Assembly: GCA_965116475.1 (NCBI GenBank)
Contig: OZ220691.1
Coordinates: 2,112,001 to 2,176,000, forward strand
DNA length: 64,000 nucleotides
From: Gemmatimonadota bacterium
GTDB taxonomy: Bacteria > Gemmatimonadota > Gemmatimonadetes > Palauibacterales > Palauibacteraceae
Reading direction: 5' to 3'
The notes beneath the pieces are model-generated. The model made no database searches, was not told the origin of the DNA, and saw nothing but the letters and a program-made list of their open reading frames with translations. This document shows, piece after piece, positions 45,442 to 54,627 of this stretch. Position numbers and translations under genes: made by a program. The first letter of the stretch is position 1. Every line of letters starts with the position of its first letter.

Positions 45442-45448
45442 GGCTCGT

Positions 45449-46315
45449 TCACTCCGACGCGCGCATATCGCCCAGCCCCGTGGCTAGCCGTTCCACGTAT
45501 TCTACTACTGGGTCCCACACTTCCTCGAACTCCCGCTCAGCACCCGGAGGGAGCAGGTGAGCCAGGTTGCGCTGCCAGTCAGCGTGGAACTCGCCCTTGC
45601 GTTCCAGAAGACGGCCCGGGTCGACAACCTCCAATTCGACTTTTCTCGCCTGCAGTTTCCGGGGGAGGTTGACTCGTACCTTCCGCTCATCCACGTGCTC
45701 CAGGAGCGAGAAGATGTCGTACACATCTCTCGATACGGCGTGAAGCCGTTGGCCGAGGACGGCTCGGACCTTCTCGGACATGACCTCTTCCAGGGCATAA
45801 CACGTCAACTGGGGCCGCCCCAGATCGTCGGCGTCGGAGAAAGGATGGAATAGCGAGCGCGACACGGGGCTGAACGTCAGCACTTCGTTCCGCGTGATGT
45901 CGAGGCGAAGGCCGGGTGGAGATCCACCCGAAGCATGGGGTCCGCGCCAGTAGAGCGTGAACTTGAGACTCTCGCGCCCGTACTCGTCGTCAATGACTCT
46001 CAGCCTCGGTGCCCGGGCCGCGAAGTCGATGCCGCTGGCCCCCTGAGCCGCTGCGAATGCCTCGCCGACCGATTTCTCAAACTCCTCCCAACCAAACCAC
46101 TGGGTTGCTGTGAAGTCGAGGTCTTCCGAGAACCGGTAGTGTGGGAAGTAGCACTTCCGCAGGCAGGTCCCACCCTTGAAGACCAGCCGCCTGGCCAGGA
46201 AAGGGTGTCCCGCGAGACCTCGGAGGGCCCATCCGAGCGCGTAATCCAACTCCACGATGCGAGGCTCGACACCCGCCGTTGCCGCGCGTCGGCGGATCTC
46301 CGCGTCCTGAATCAT
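45449..46315 (-). CDS. abiEii: AbiEii/AbiGii-family nucleotidyltransferase toxin (type IV TA)
   Basis: FKGGTCL, RFSEDLDF, EK and RDVYD motifs; ATGA overlap with the antitoxin. Confidence 0.93.
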   Translation of the reverse strand: MIQDAEIRRRAATAGVEPRIVELDYALGWALRGLAGHPFLARRLVFKGGTCLRKCYFPHYRFSEDLDFTATQWFGWEEFEKSVGEAFAAAQGASGIDFAARAPRLRVIDDEYGRESLKFTLYWRGPHASGGSPPGLRLDITRNEVLTFSPVSRSLFHPFSDADDLGRPQLTCYALEEVMSEKVRAVLGQRLHAVSRDVYDIFSLLEHVDERKVRVNLPRKLQARKVELEVVDPGRLLERKGEFHADWQRNLAHLLPPGAEREFEEVWDPVVEYVERLATGLGDMRASE

Positions 46316-47139
46316 GGCTGCTCGCGGAGCCCTTCCTCCGGGAGATTGATTTCGACGCGCCAGCGAGTGACGATCCGATGGGGCTTCCGTGGAGTGGACG
46401 GATCGAGTCTGCTGATGCCAGCCGTGAGAAGATCCAACCATTCGTGCAGCATCGCCCGCTTCGGAGCATGGGTTAGCTCAACGCTCTCGACCAGAAACCC
46501 GAGCCGCTTCACGACCGCGCCGGAACCAAAGCGGCGCAGGTAATTCGTCATGCGGTCCCACTTGAAGTCGCCATCTCCTGCGAGTAGTGCCTCCGTGACC
46601 TGGGCCACTCCTCCGCTTAGCTCGGGCCTGTCGAGGCAATCGATGATCGTTTTTTCCCGATCCGTGACCTTGACTTGGGATTCTCCGGCACGGTATGCGT
46701 GGCAACCGAAGAACTTCCGAGGCTTCACCCGGACGATCCGAAACCGCATCCCGAGAACCTGCAGGGTGCGGCGCTCCTTGCGGGCGGTCGTCTGCACGTA
46801 CGTAACGCGGGGGATCTGGTCGGTGAGGTTCCAGTAGTTGAGGGCAGACCAGTAGCTGACCATGGCGTGACTCACCAGGTGTCCGGCAACGACGTGGGCG
46901 TCCTCGGTCCAGGTGCGGTCGGGGCCGGCTTCGAGTGGAACGATGAGGTACTTCCCCTTCTCAAGGCGTTCCAGCCAGCCCTTGTCGACGAGTCGTGCCA
47001 GCGCATCCCTGGTCGCCCTGCCTTCGCCAAGCACATCGTACGCATCCTTTGTTGCGAAGATCTGCTTCCCGCTCGCGGCCAAGGTGGTGAGAAATGACGC
47101 TTCGGCGTCGCTGAGGCTTATTGTATTACGATACGCCAT
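46312..47139 (-). CDS. abiEi: AbiEi-family antitoxin/transcriptional regulator
   Basis: wHTH (LVDKGWLERLEKGKY), SYWSALNYWNLTDQIP, TDREKTIIDCL and KRLGFL motifs. Confidence 0.92.
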   Translation of the reverse strand: MAYRNTISLSDAEASFLTTLAASGKQIFATKDAYDVLGEGRATRDALARLVDKGWLERLEKGKYLIVPLEAGPDRTWTEDAHVVAGHLVSHAMVSYWSALNYWNLTDQIPRVTYVQTTARKERRTLQVLGMRFRIVRVKPRKFFGCHAYRAGESQVKVTDREKTIIDCLDRPELSGGVAQVTEALLAGDGDFKWDRMTNYLRRFGSGAVVKRLGFLVESVELTHAPKRAMLHEWLDLLTAGISRLDPSTPRKPHRIVTRWRVEINLPEEGLREQP

Positions 47140-47150
47140 TACCGCTCCCA

Positions 47151-47177
47151 GATACGTCAATCACGTATCGAAATATA
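47151..47177 (-). promoter_or_regulatory. Putative abiE operator and -10 element
   Basis: Inverted repeat GATACGT-CAATC-ACGTATC (47151-47169) just downstream of minus-strand TATATT. Confidence 0.6.
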
Positions 47178-47249
47178 ATCGACGCGAATGGATTCCGCTA
47201 ACGCGGATTCCTGTACGGGGGATGGCTCCGGACGCCGGCGTTGGGCCCG

Positions 47250-47966
47250 TCAGTACTTGATGTCGGTTCGGCCGACCGTCATTCCGATGTTGCCGACCCG
47301 CCGGCCCGTCGTGTAGTGCTCGCCGCTTCCGGCGGTCATCCCGAAGAAGTCCACGGCGGGCACGATGAGGCGGCCGGCGTCGTCGACCGCGCCCTCGATG
47401 GCGGTCGTCGCCACGACCTCCGCGAGGAAGATCTTCCGTTCGGGCGGCACCTCGAGCGAGTCGAAGATCCGGCACTCGCAGTGGATCGGGGATTCCTCCA
47501 CCGTGGGCGCATCCACGACCGTCGCCGCGCCGCGCGTCAGCCCCGAGAGTTCGAACTTGTCGGCCACGCGTCCGGAGTTCATGTCGACGGTGTCGAATGC
47601 CTCGACCATCGACGCGAGCGGCACGTTCAGCACGAACTCGTCGTGCATCTCCAGGAGTTCCCTCGCCTGGTGCTCGAAGGCCGCGCTCACGCCGATCTGG
47701 GGCGGGTCGCCGCTCACGACGAACGTCCACAGCACCGAGATCTCGTCCGGGTCGCCGGGTCGGCCATTCACGGTGAGCAGGATCGCCGGGACGGGCGGCA
47801 GCATCGGCCCCGGCTCCGCCAGCGAGCGGCGGGGCCCGGTGAGCGGCGCGGGCGGCCTACCCCCGCCCACCGGCAGCCCCTCGTCGGGTGCACAGCCCCA
47901 AACGGCGGCGACCGCGGCGGCCGCCGAGCCGCTCCCCAAAAACCGCCTCCTCGACCAGCCCGACAT
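47250..47966 (-). CDS. Flavin reductase-like protein with Tat lipoprotein signal
   Basis: SRRRFLG...WGC signal; PPQIGVS, EFVLNVP, DKFELSGLT and ESPIHCEC motifs. Confidence 0.85.
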   Translation of the reverse strand: MSGWSRRRFLGSGSAAAAVAAVWGCAPDEGLPVGGGRPPAPLTGPRRSLAEPGPMLPPVPAILLTVNGRPGDPDEISVLWTFVVSGDPPQIGVSAAFEHQARELLEMHDEFVLNVPLASMVEAFDTVDMNSGRVADKFELSGLTRGAATVVDAPTVEESPIHCECRIFDSLEVPPERKIFLAEVVATTAIEGAVDDAGRLIVPAVDFFGMTAGSGEHYTTGRRVGNIGMTVGRTDIKY

Positions 47967-47987
47967 GGATGACCTTTCTCTCGGCGT

Positions 47988-48701
47988 TCAGTAGCCCTCT
48001 TCGACGTTCAGATTGTGAATGATCTCTCCATCTCGCCAGAACGTCAGGCCGAGAAACGGCTCATCGTGGTATGGCATGGAGCCCTCAGGTCCCTTGCCAA
48101 GGAACATGAAGTCTCCCCCTTCGTTCAGGTAGACACCGACCATACCCTCATCGTACGCGATCAGGGAAACGGCCTCCCCACCGTCCGAATCGAGGCCCAA
48201 AGCGACGTAGTCGCTGTCCTCTCGGCTGAGCACGCCGAAACCGCCCCGTTCGAATCCGTAGCGATCATGGACCACCAGACCCGAAGACGGCGCGATGCGT
48301 TTGCCCACGTGCGGATCGGGCGTCTCTTCACCAAGGACAAGCCGATCAAAACCATCCTCGTTGAGGATCACGAGCCCGCTGGTCCCGTGGTTATAGTCCT
48401 GGTAGGAGTCCATATACTCATCGATGTCTGGATGTTGAGGCCCCCACAGCGCACGCAGTCGAGCCGTATCGGTGCGAACGCGGTTGGTCGCCTCGGGAAT
48501 TGGTGCGCCGAGGAGGATCCGTTCGCGTCCGGCCTCGTCCTCGATGATCAGCCCGCGCGCCCTCAGGACGCCCTCAGTCGCTGTTCCGCCCCTGACGAAC
48601 AGGATGACGAGTGCAACGCTGGCCAGGGCGGCGTAGGCCTGAAGCCAACGGATCGTGCGCCTCACCTGCTCCATTTCCGCTTTCACGAACAACTCCTTCA
48701 T
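47988..48701 (-). CDS. Hypothetical membrane-anchored protein
   Basis: One N-terminal TM, then beta-rich repeats (IIEDEAGRER, ILNEDGFDR, VHDRYGFER); visibly more AT-rich codons. Confidence 0.7.
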   Translation of the reverse strand: MKELFVKAEMEQVRRTIRWLQAYAALASVALVILFVRGGTATEGVLRARGLIIEDEAGRERILLGAPIPEATNRVRTDTARLRALWGPQHPDIDEYMDSYQDYNHGTSGLVILNEDGFDRLVLGEETPDPHVGKRIAPSSGLVVHDRYGFERGGFGVLSREDSDYVALGLDSDGGEAVSLIAYDEGMVGVYLNEGGDFMFLGKGPEGSMPYHDEPFLGLTFWRDGEIIHNLNVEEGY

Positions 48702-48825
48702 GCATGGGTTGACTCACATCGAGAGACTCGCTGAAGGCTGGACAACCGAGAGACGACAGGAGGTTGCAGCTTTCGCCGGTGCCGTTCATTGGCTTTCCGA
48801 ACCGACGGCCGCGTTCCCGGAGTGT

Positions 48826-49965
48826 TCAATAAATGCCGGGGATGATGCGGTATTTCACGCGCGCCTGGTACTCGGCCCACTTCTCGGGGCCGTATTTCTC
48901 GGCGCAGAACTTGTCGTCGAAGCGCTGCCGGAAAATGAACAGTCCGACGATGAAGACGAAGTAGGTCCAGGCCCAGGGGTTGGCGAAGTAGCCGAACACG
49001 AGGGCGATCGAGAGGGCGAAGCAGCCCTCGCCCATGTAGTTGAAGTGGCGCGCGACGCCCCACAGGCCGCTGCACAGGATCTTGCGGTCGCCGGCCTCGA
49101 TGTACTCGGGTGCGATGAGGCCGAGGAACTGGCGCTCGGGCCAGCGCTTGAAGGTGTACTTCTGCATGTTGGCGCCGCGCGTGATGCCCCACCCGACCAG
49201 GAACAGCGCCGGGGCGCCGATCAACCACACCTGCCTCCACGGCGCCGCGAAGCCGGGGTCCGGGTACACGGCCAGACCCCACAGCGGAAGGATGTAGAGC
49301 CACCCGTACACCAGGATCCCGCCCCAGATCATCTTGAAGCCGAGCTTCTCGTGGATCACGTCGTAGGTGTAGAGCTGGACGCGCTCGAAGACGAAGTAGT
49401 CGAAGACGTAGAAGGCGAGGAACGCGGCATAGAGGAAGACGCCGGGGTTGGAGTCCGCGCCGAAGAGTCCGTAGTGGTACGCGGCGCCGGAGAGCGCGTT
49501 CAGCGACAGCATGGTCCCGCCGACGACGTACAGGAACATCTTCACGTCGAAGCGGTCGCCGAAGAACGACATCTCGAGGACGCGCCCTTCCCACAAAGCG
49601 GCGAGCGGCCGCCCCACCTTGCCGCGCGACCCGCCGAACACGGCGAGGAGGGCGAAAACGAGACAGAGGACGGTGCCGCCGGCGACCTGGTAGACGGTGG
49701 ACCGGTAGAACCAGTCCCGCGGCATGCCGGTCAGTTCGAGCGCCCACACGAGTTCCGCGAGCACGAACACGAGGAGGCCGTTCAGCCGGTAACTGCGGGG
49801 TTCGCCGGTCTCCGCGTCGACGACGTAGCCGGGCACCCGACGACCCGGCAGGACGAGTTGTACCACGAAGAATGCGGCGCAGATCGCCAGCGGCGTGAGG
49901 AAGCCGGCCAGCGCTTCGGTCCCGGACAGCTCGAACAGGTGGCCGATGCCGAGCCATTCAATCAT
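48826..49965 (-). CDS. ERG4/ERG24-family sterol reductase
   Basis: YRLNG, FDVKMF, DVIHEKLGF, ANMQKYTFK, SGLWGVARHFNYMGE, CAEKYG..W..Y..RVKYRIIPGIY; ATGA overlap. Confidence 0.88.
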   Translation of the reverse strand: MIEWLGIGHLFELSGTEALAGFLTPLAICAAFFVVQLVLPGRRVPGYVVDAETGEPRSYRLNGLLVFVLAELVWALELTGMPRDWFYRSTVYQVAGGTVLCLVFALLAVFGGSRGKVGRPLAALWEGRVLEMSFFGDRFDVKMFLYVVGGTMLSLNALSGAAYHYGLFGADSNPGVFLYAAFLAFYVFDYFVFERVQLYTYDVIHEKLGFKMIWGGILVYGWLYILPLWGLAVYPDPGFAAPWRQVWLIGAPALFLVGWGITRGANMQKYTFKRWPERQFLGLIAPEYIEAGDRKILCSGLWGVARHFNYMGEGCFALSIALVFGYFANPWAWTYFVFIVGLFIFRQRFDDKFCAEKYGPEKWAEYQARVKYRIIPGIY

Positions 49966-50417
49966 CGAAAAAGATCCTCTCCGGGGTGCGCGGCCGCCTG
50001 CCTGAGCCAGCTCACGAGGAGGCCCTCGTCCGGCTCGTCGCCTTCGTGGATGTGGAAGTAACGCACATGCTCGTGCTTCGAGTCCACCGGCGGCACGGGT
50101 CTGAGCGAGGCGCCATTGAGGAAGGTCACCTTGATGTACCGCGTGAAACAATGGAACGAGAGGAACCAGCCCTGGTCCTCGATGCCGTAGAAGGGAGAGT
50201 TCCACCGGACAGCCTTGCGCGCGCCGGGCACGACGCGCTCGACCAGCCCGTCGAGGTAGCGGCCGACCCCACGTTTCCAGCCCGGCATGGCCGCGATGTA
50301 GGCCTGGACGGGCGCGTCTCCATCCCCCTTCGGAATCCGGGGATTGCCTCCGGAGAGGAGTCTCGGTTTCGCGGCCGCGGCGCCGGCGGCGCCCTCCGGT
50401 GCGTTCTCCGGGATCAG
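49962..50417 (-). CDS. DUF1801 domain-containing protein (probable CTG start)
   Basis: KPRLLSGGNPRIPKGDGDAPVQAYIAAMPGWK...KAVRWNSPFYG; the conserved block extends upstream of the first ATG (50288). Confidence 0.85.
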   Translation of the reverse strand: MIPENAPEGAAGAAAAKPRLLSGGNPRIPKGDGDAPVQAYIAAMPGWKRGVGRYLDGLVERVVPGARKAVRWNSPFYGIEDQGWFLSFHCFTRYIKVTFLNGASLRPVPPVDSKHEHVRYFHIHEGDEPDEGLLVSWLRQAAAHPGEDLFR

Positions 50418-50421
50418 GCGC

Positions 50422-51927
50422 CTATCCCTCCGTCCGCGCGAAGCGGAGGTTCCTGACCCGCCCGGCGTCGACCGTCATCGCCTCGTACCGGCTGGCGACG
50501 AGTTCGGAGAAGCGGAAGGTCGGCCCGTTCTCGGTCGTGAGCTGCCCGTCCGACTCGGCCACGAACGGGACCGGGTCCCGCCGTCCGACGTGCAGCGCGA
50601 GCCCTGAGGCGCCTTCCGCGACGATCCGATAGGTAGCGTCCAGCTCGGGGCTGTAGAAGGAGCCCGCGTACCGCGATCGATTCGGGATGTCGTGGTCGGG
50701 CGCAGCGCCGGGAGCGTCGTCTCCGGCTGCGGCCTCCGCGGCCTCCTCGGCGGCCTGCTCCTCCGCGGTCTCCGCATCCTCTCCGTCGTCATCTTCCGCG
50801 ACGTCGGCGGGCGGGTCCATCGCGTCTTCCAGGTAGATCTCGGCCGTGCTCGCGATGAGGGCCCCGGGATCGATGCGCGACCGGTTGCACAGGGCCACGA
50901 AGGAGTAGCCGGCGTCGGGATAGCGGGTCATTGCCGTTCGGTAGCCGACCCAGGAGCCGCCGTGCCCCACCGTGGCCAACCCCCGGTGCTCGCCGTGGGA
51001 GAGACCGAAGGCGTAGGGAATCGTGTCGCCGGAGGTGAGCACGCCCCGCTCATGCATGAGCGCCACCCACTCGGGCCCGCCGACGGTGCCCTCGGTGAGG
51101 TTGCGGTCCCACGCGGGCCACTCCTCCACCGACGTGTAGATGCCGCCGTCTCCGACCACGTCGAGCGTCGTCATGTTGATGCGGAAGCCGTCATCGGTGG
51201 GCGAATAGCCGGTCGCCCGGTCGGGCGCGACTTCGTTGTGGTCGTCGTGGAAGTGCGTGCGCGGCATGCCCAGAGGGTCGAAGAACTCGGTTCGGGCGAA
51301 CTCGCGCAAGCTCTGTCCCGAGACACTGGCCACGATCTCGGCGAGCAGGACATAGCCGGAGTTGCTGTACAGGTACTCGGAGCCCGGGGGAAAGTTGAGT
51401 TCGCGCTGCCGAGTGATCGCGTCGAGGATGTCCTGGTTCGTGATAAAGTCCTCGCTTCGGTTCCCCGCCAGGGTGAAGAGCCCGAGGTAGTCGCGCACGC
51501 CGGAGGTGTGGTGGATCAGGTGCCGAACGGTGGGCGGGTCGGCGTAGTCGGGGAATTCGGGGACGTAGTGCTGGACGGGGGCGTCCAGATCCACCTCTCC
51601 GCGGAGTGCGAGCAGGGCGACCGCGCCGGCCGTGAACTGCTTGGAGACCGACGCGATGCGGTAGATGGTCCCGGGGCCGTTCGGGATGCCGAAGTCGAGG
51701 TTGGCGGTGCCGTAGCCGGCGGCCTTGATCAGGCGGCCGTCCCGGATCACGCCCACCGAGCAGCCGGGCCCATCGGCGCTGGAGTAGTCGGCGAAGACGG
51801 CGTCGACCCGGGCGGCCATCCCGCCGTCGTCGTCGGGGGTGCACCCGGTGAGGGCGCCGGCCACGACCGCGACGATCGCGGCGCCGCCGATCCGGGAGGG
51901 GTCGTCGCTCCTCTGGCGCGCCCTCAT
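50422..51927 (-). CDS. Serine hydrolase lipoprotein (class C beta-lactamase / D-aminopeptidase-like)
   Basis: SVSK, HHTSG, YSNSGY and HGGSW motifs; LTGC lipobox; ATGA overlap. Confidence 0.92.
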   Translation of the reverse strand: MRARQRSDDPSRIGGAAIVAVVAGALTGCTPDDDGGMAARVDAVFADYSSADGPGCSVGVIRDGRLIKAAGYGTANLDFGIPNGPGTIYRIASVSKQFTAGAVALLALRGEVDLDAPVQHYVPEFPDYADPPTVRHLIHHTSGVRDYLGLFTLAGNRSEDFITNQDILDAITRQRELNFPPGSEYLYSNSGYVLLAEIVASVSGQSLREFARTEFFDPLGMPRTHFHDDHNEVAPDRATGYSPTDDGFRINMTTLDVVGDGGIYTSVEEWPAWDRNLTEGTVGGPEWVALMHERGVLTSGDTIPYAFGLSHGEHRGLATVGHGGSWVGYRTAMTRYPDAGYSFVALCNRSRIDPGALIASTAEIYLEDAMDPPADVAEDDDGEDAETAEEQAAEEAAEAAAGDDAPGAAPDHDIPNRSRYAGSFYSPELDATYRIVAEGASGLALHVGRRDPVPFVAESDGQLTTENGPTFRFSELVASRYEAMTVDAGRVRNLRFARTEG

Positions 51928-52544
51928 GACCGCGTCCTCGGCCACAGGCTGAACGGTTCGCGGGCGAACACGCGGCGGACCATCGGCTCGAAGAACTCCA
52001 GCGGCAGCGACTCGTAGTCGGGATCGAACGAGGACTGGTCCCAGCGGTGGCAGAAGTCGACGGCGGCCTGGTACCAGGGGTGGTCGCGGTATCTGTCGCG
52101 CGCGTTGCGGTCGCGGCCCAGGTGGTGGGCGTAGTAGATGAGCTGGAAGAGGCCGTGGTGCCGGACGATCCAGTGCGTGCGCTCGGTGACGAACGGGCGC
52201 AGGAGGAGGGCGGCCAGCTCGCCGTGGCTGTGCGGGGCCAGCAGATCGTCGATGTCGTGGAGCAGCGCCGCCACGACCATCTCCTCGTCGGCGCCGTCGC
52301 GGTGGGCGCGGGTCGCGCTCTGCAGGGAATGTTCCAGCCGGTCGACCTGGTAGCCGCCGACCGAGCCGGAGAGCTGGCGGAGGTGCGCCAGGATGCGATC
52401 GGCGGTGTCGGCGGCGAACTCGTCCTCGAGGCGCGAGAGGAGTTCGTAGTCCTCGCGGGTGCCGTCCTCCATGCGGGTGAAGCTCACGACGGGGCCGCTC
52501 GGCTCCGTGCCGGCTGCTGCGCTCGGCGTCGCCTTGGGGGGCAT
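51924..52544 (-). CDS. HD-domain protein (PhnZ/TmpB-related diiron oxygenase superfamily)
   Basis: LEHSLQSA, ALLHDI, H.H, VRHH and WD metal ligands; GGAGAG SD. Confidence 0.85.
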   Translation of the reverse strand: MPPKATPSAAAGTEPSGPVVSFTRMEDGTREDYELLSRLEDEFAADTADRILAHLRQLSGSVGGYQVDRLEHSLQSATRAHRDGADEEMVVAALLHDIDDLLAPHSHGELAALLLRPFVTERTHWIVRHHGLFQLIYYAHHLGRDRNARDRYRDHPWYQAAVDFCHRWDQSSFDPDYESLPLEFFEPMVRRVFAREPFSLWPRTRS

Positions 52545-52688
52545 GGCCGTCACTCTCCGATGAAGGCTGAATCGAGGGCGCTTCCGGGCTCCTCTCCAAG
52601 CAGCGTCGGTGGACGCGAAGGGCCTTGTCAAGCGCGCTCCGTGCCCGACATGCTTCGGGTCGGTCACGGCAGACGGAGGGGATCGACC

Positions 52689-53804
52689 ATGACTCACTCG
52701 ATCAGCAGCCTCGTGCAGAAAGGCGACGCCCTGACGGCGGTCTGGAGCGACGGCGCACGCACCGATCTCCCCTACCTCTGGCTGCGCGACAACTGCGGCT
52801 GCGGCGAGTGTTGCGTGGAGCAGACCACGGAGAAGCGGTTCCACGTCTTCCGCGTCCCCAGCGACCTGAGACCGGCCACGGTCGATATCGAAGGCGCCGG
52901 GTCCGACGACGAGGCGATCTCCATCGCCTGGCCGGACGGCCACCGCACGCGCCACCGGTCGAGCGACCTCCTTGGCCTCCTGAGCCGGCCTCGGCTCGAG
53001 TTGCGATACTGGGACGGCGCGTTCCAGCCGCGGAGGTTCGACTACCAGCGGTTCCTGGCGGACGACCGCGCGGCGGCGGAACTGATCGAGGAGTTTCTAC
53101 GCACCGGGGTCTGCGTGCTGGTCGACGCCCCCACCGAACCCGATTCGCTGGAGGAACTCGCGCCCCGCCTGGGTCCGGTCCGGGAGGTCCTGTTCGAGCG
53201 CATCCACAACGTCAAGCTCGATCCGAAGGGATACAACATCGCGCACACGGCGCTGGCCGTCGGAGCGCACAACGACTTCACCAGCTACACCTGGCCCCCG
53301 AGCGTGCAGGCGCTGCACATGCTGGTGAACGAGTGCGAGGGCGGCGCGTCGACGGTCGTGGACGGCTTCGGCCTGCTGGAGGCGCTGCGCCGCGAGCACC
53401 CCGACAAGTTCGACGCGCTGTGCTCGGTGCCGGTGCCGTTCCGGATCTTCAGCGACGAGTACGAGTGCTACGCGGCCAACCCCATGGTCGATGTGGACAG
53501 CGACGGGGAGATCACGATGATCCGCTTCAACACGGCGCAGATGCAGGCCGTGCCCCTGTCGGAGCCCCGGCTGGGCGAGTTCTACGCCGCCTACCACGAA
53601 CTGTCGAGCCGCGTCAACGACCCCCGCGCCCAGGTGACCTTCCGGCTGGAGGGCGGGATGATCCTGCTGTGCGCCGGACACCGCGTCCTCCACGGCCGCA
53701 CCGAGATGGTATCGTCCGGGCCGCGCCACCTGCAGGACGCCTACTTCGAACACGACAACGTCCGCACCCATCTCAGGCTGCTCCGCCGCACCGGCCGCGC
53801 CTGA
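52689..53804 (+). CDS. Fe/2-oxoglutarate dioxygenase, gamma-butyrobetaine hydroxylase (BBOX/TauD)-like
   Basis: WLRDNC.C..C and WPDGH Zn domain; HND...HRVLHGR...R.L iron and 2OG ligands. Confidence 0.92.
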   Translation: MTHSISSLVQKGDALTAVWSDGARTDLPYLWLRDNCGCGECCVEQTTEKRFHVFRVPSDLRPATVDIEGAGSDDEAISIAWPDGHRTRHRSSDLLGLLSRPRLELRYWDGAFQPRRFDYQRFLADDRAAAELIEEFLRTGVCVLVDAPTEPDSLEELAPRLGPVREVLFERIHNVKLDPKGYNIAHTALAVGAHNDFTSYTWPPSVQALHMLVNECEGGASTVVDGFGLLEALRREHPDKFDALCSVPVPFRIFSDEYECYAANPMVDVDSDGEITMIRFNTAQMQAVPLSEPRLGEFYAAYHELSSRVNDPRAQVTFRLEGGMILLCAGHRVLHGRTEMVSSGPRHLQDAYFEHDNVRTHLRLLRRTGRA

Positions 53805-53925
53805 GGCTCCGGACCCTCCGCGGCCGCGGCGAATCCAGGGAGGCCCGTTACACGTACGCCAGGCTGCGGATCGGAATGGCAGCTTACAGCCAGGAAGCGG
53901 TGGCACACCGGATGGAGGTGGACAC

Positions 53926-54441
53926 GTGTCGGAACTGTCGGGCTGGCTTCGGGCACTGGGCGTAGACGGCCTTCAGAGCATCTTGACGAAAATCGACGAG
54001 CGAGGAGGGGAACCGTTCGCGGAAGAACTCGACGCGGATGGAGACGTGCGCGTGGAAGGACAGCGCACGAGCGATGAACTGATGGCGAAGTTCGTCGCCG
54101 CCGGGGACGAAGGGCTCTCGACGCGGATCTTCCAGGCGACGGCGGACCGACCGGAGGGGTATCCGGATGACCTGCCGTTTCTCTCACTGACGACAATGAT
54201 GACTTGCCTTGCGTCGGTAGGTGTTCGTCAACCCGGAGTGCGGGTCGCCATTTGGACCGGCGAACGGAATGCAGTCGAAACCCTGAAGGCAGTAGTGACC
54301 GAGAGCGCGAAGATTGGCTGGGCAGTGGCATCGCAAAGCGGTCTCGTGACGCGCATGGTCTCGGGAGACCGTGAGCGAATAGTGTCGTATCTGCCGGCGG
54401 GAGCGGGGACGCCTGCCGTCATGCTCTTCGAGCGGACCTAG
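53926..54441 (+). CDS. Hypothetical protein
   Basis: GGAGG SD before GTG, 171-aa ORF, no recognisable motif, atypical codons. Confidence 0.55.
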   Translation: MSELSGWLRALGVDGLQSILTKIDERGGEPFAEELDADGDVRVEGQRTSDELMAKFVAAGDEGLSTRIFQATADRPEGYPDDLPFLSLTTMMTCLASVGVRQPGVRVAIWTGERNAVETLKAVVTESAKIGWAVASQSGLVTRMVSGDRERIVSYLPAGAGTPAVMLFERT

Positions 54442-54627
54442 GCTCTGCTGCGAGGTCCAACCACACGGGAGCCTCTCCAACACGCCGGACGCCTTGCTCC
54501 GTGGGATCATTCGCGTCGTAACCATGCAAATCCAACATCTGATGTAAGATCTGCATGGTTATTTCACTCCGGCACGCAAGGAGATCGAGGCCCCTGAGTC
54601 GAGGCCGCAGACGCGGGACTGATCCGG

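Noticed and set aside
47196..47246. attC-like ends (CTAAC…GTTGGGC) next to the abiE module
   Set aside because: Only about 51 bp, R boxes poorly complementary, no recognisable L boxes, and no integron integrase or second attC in the window
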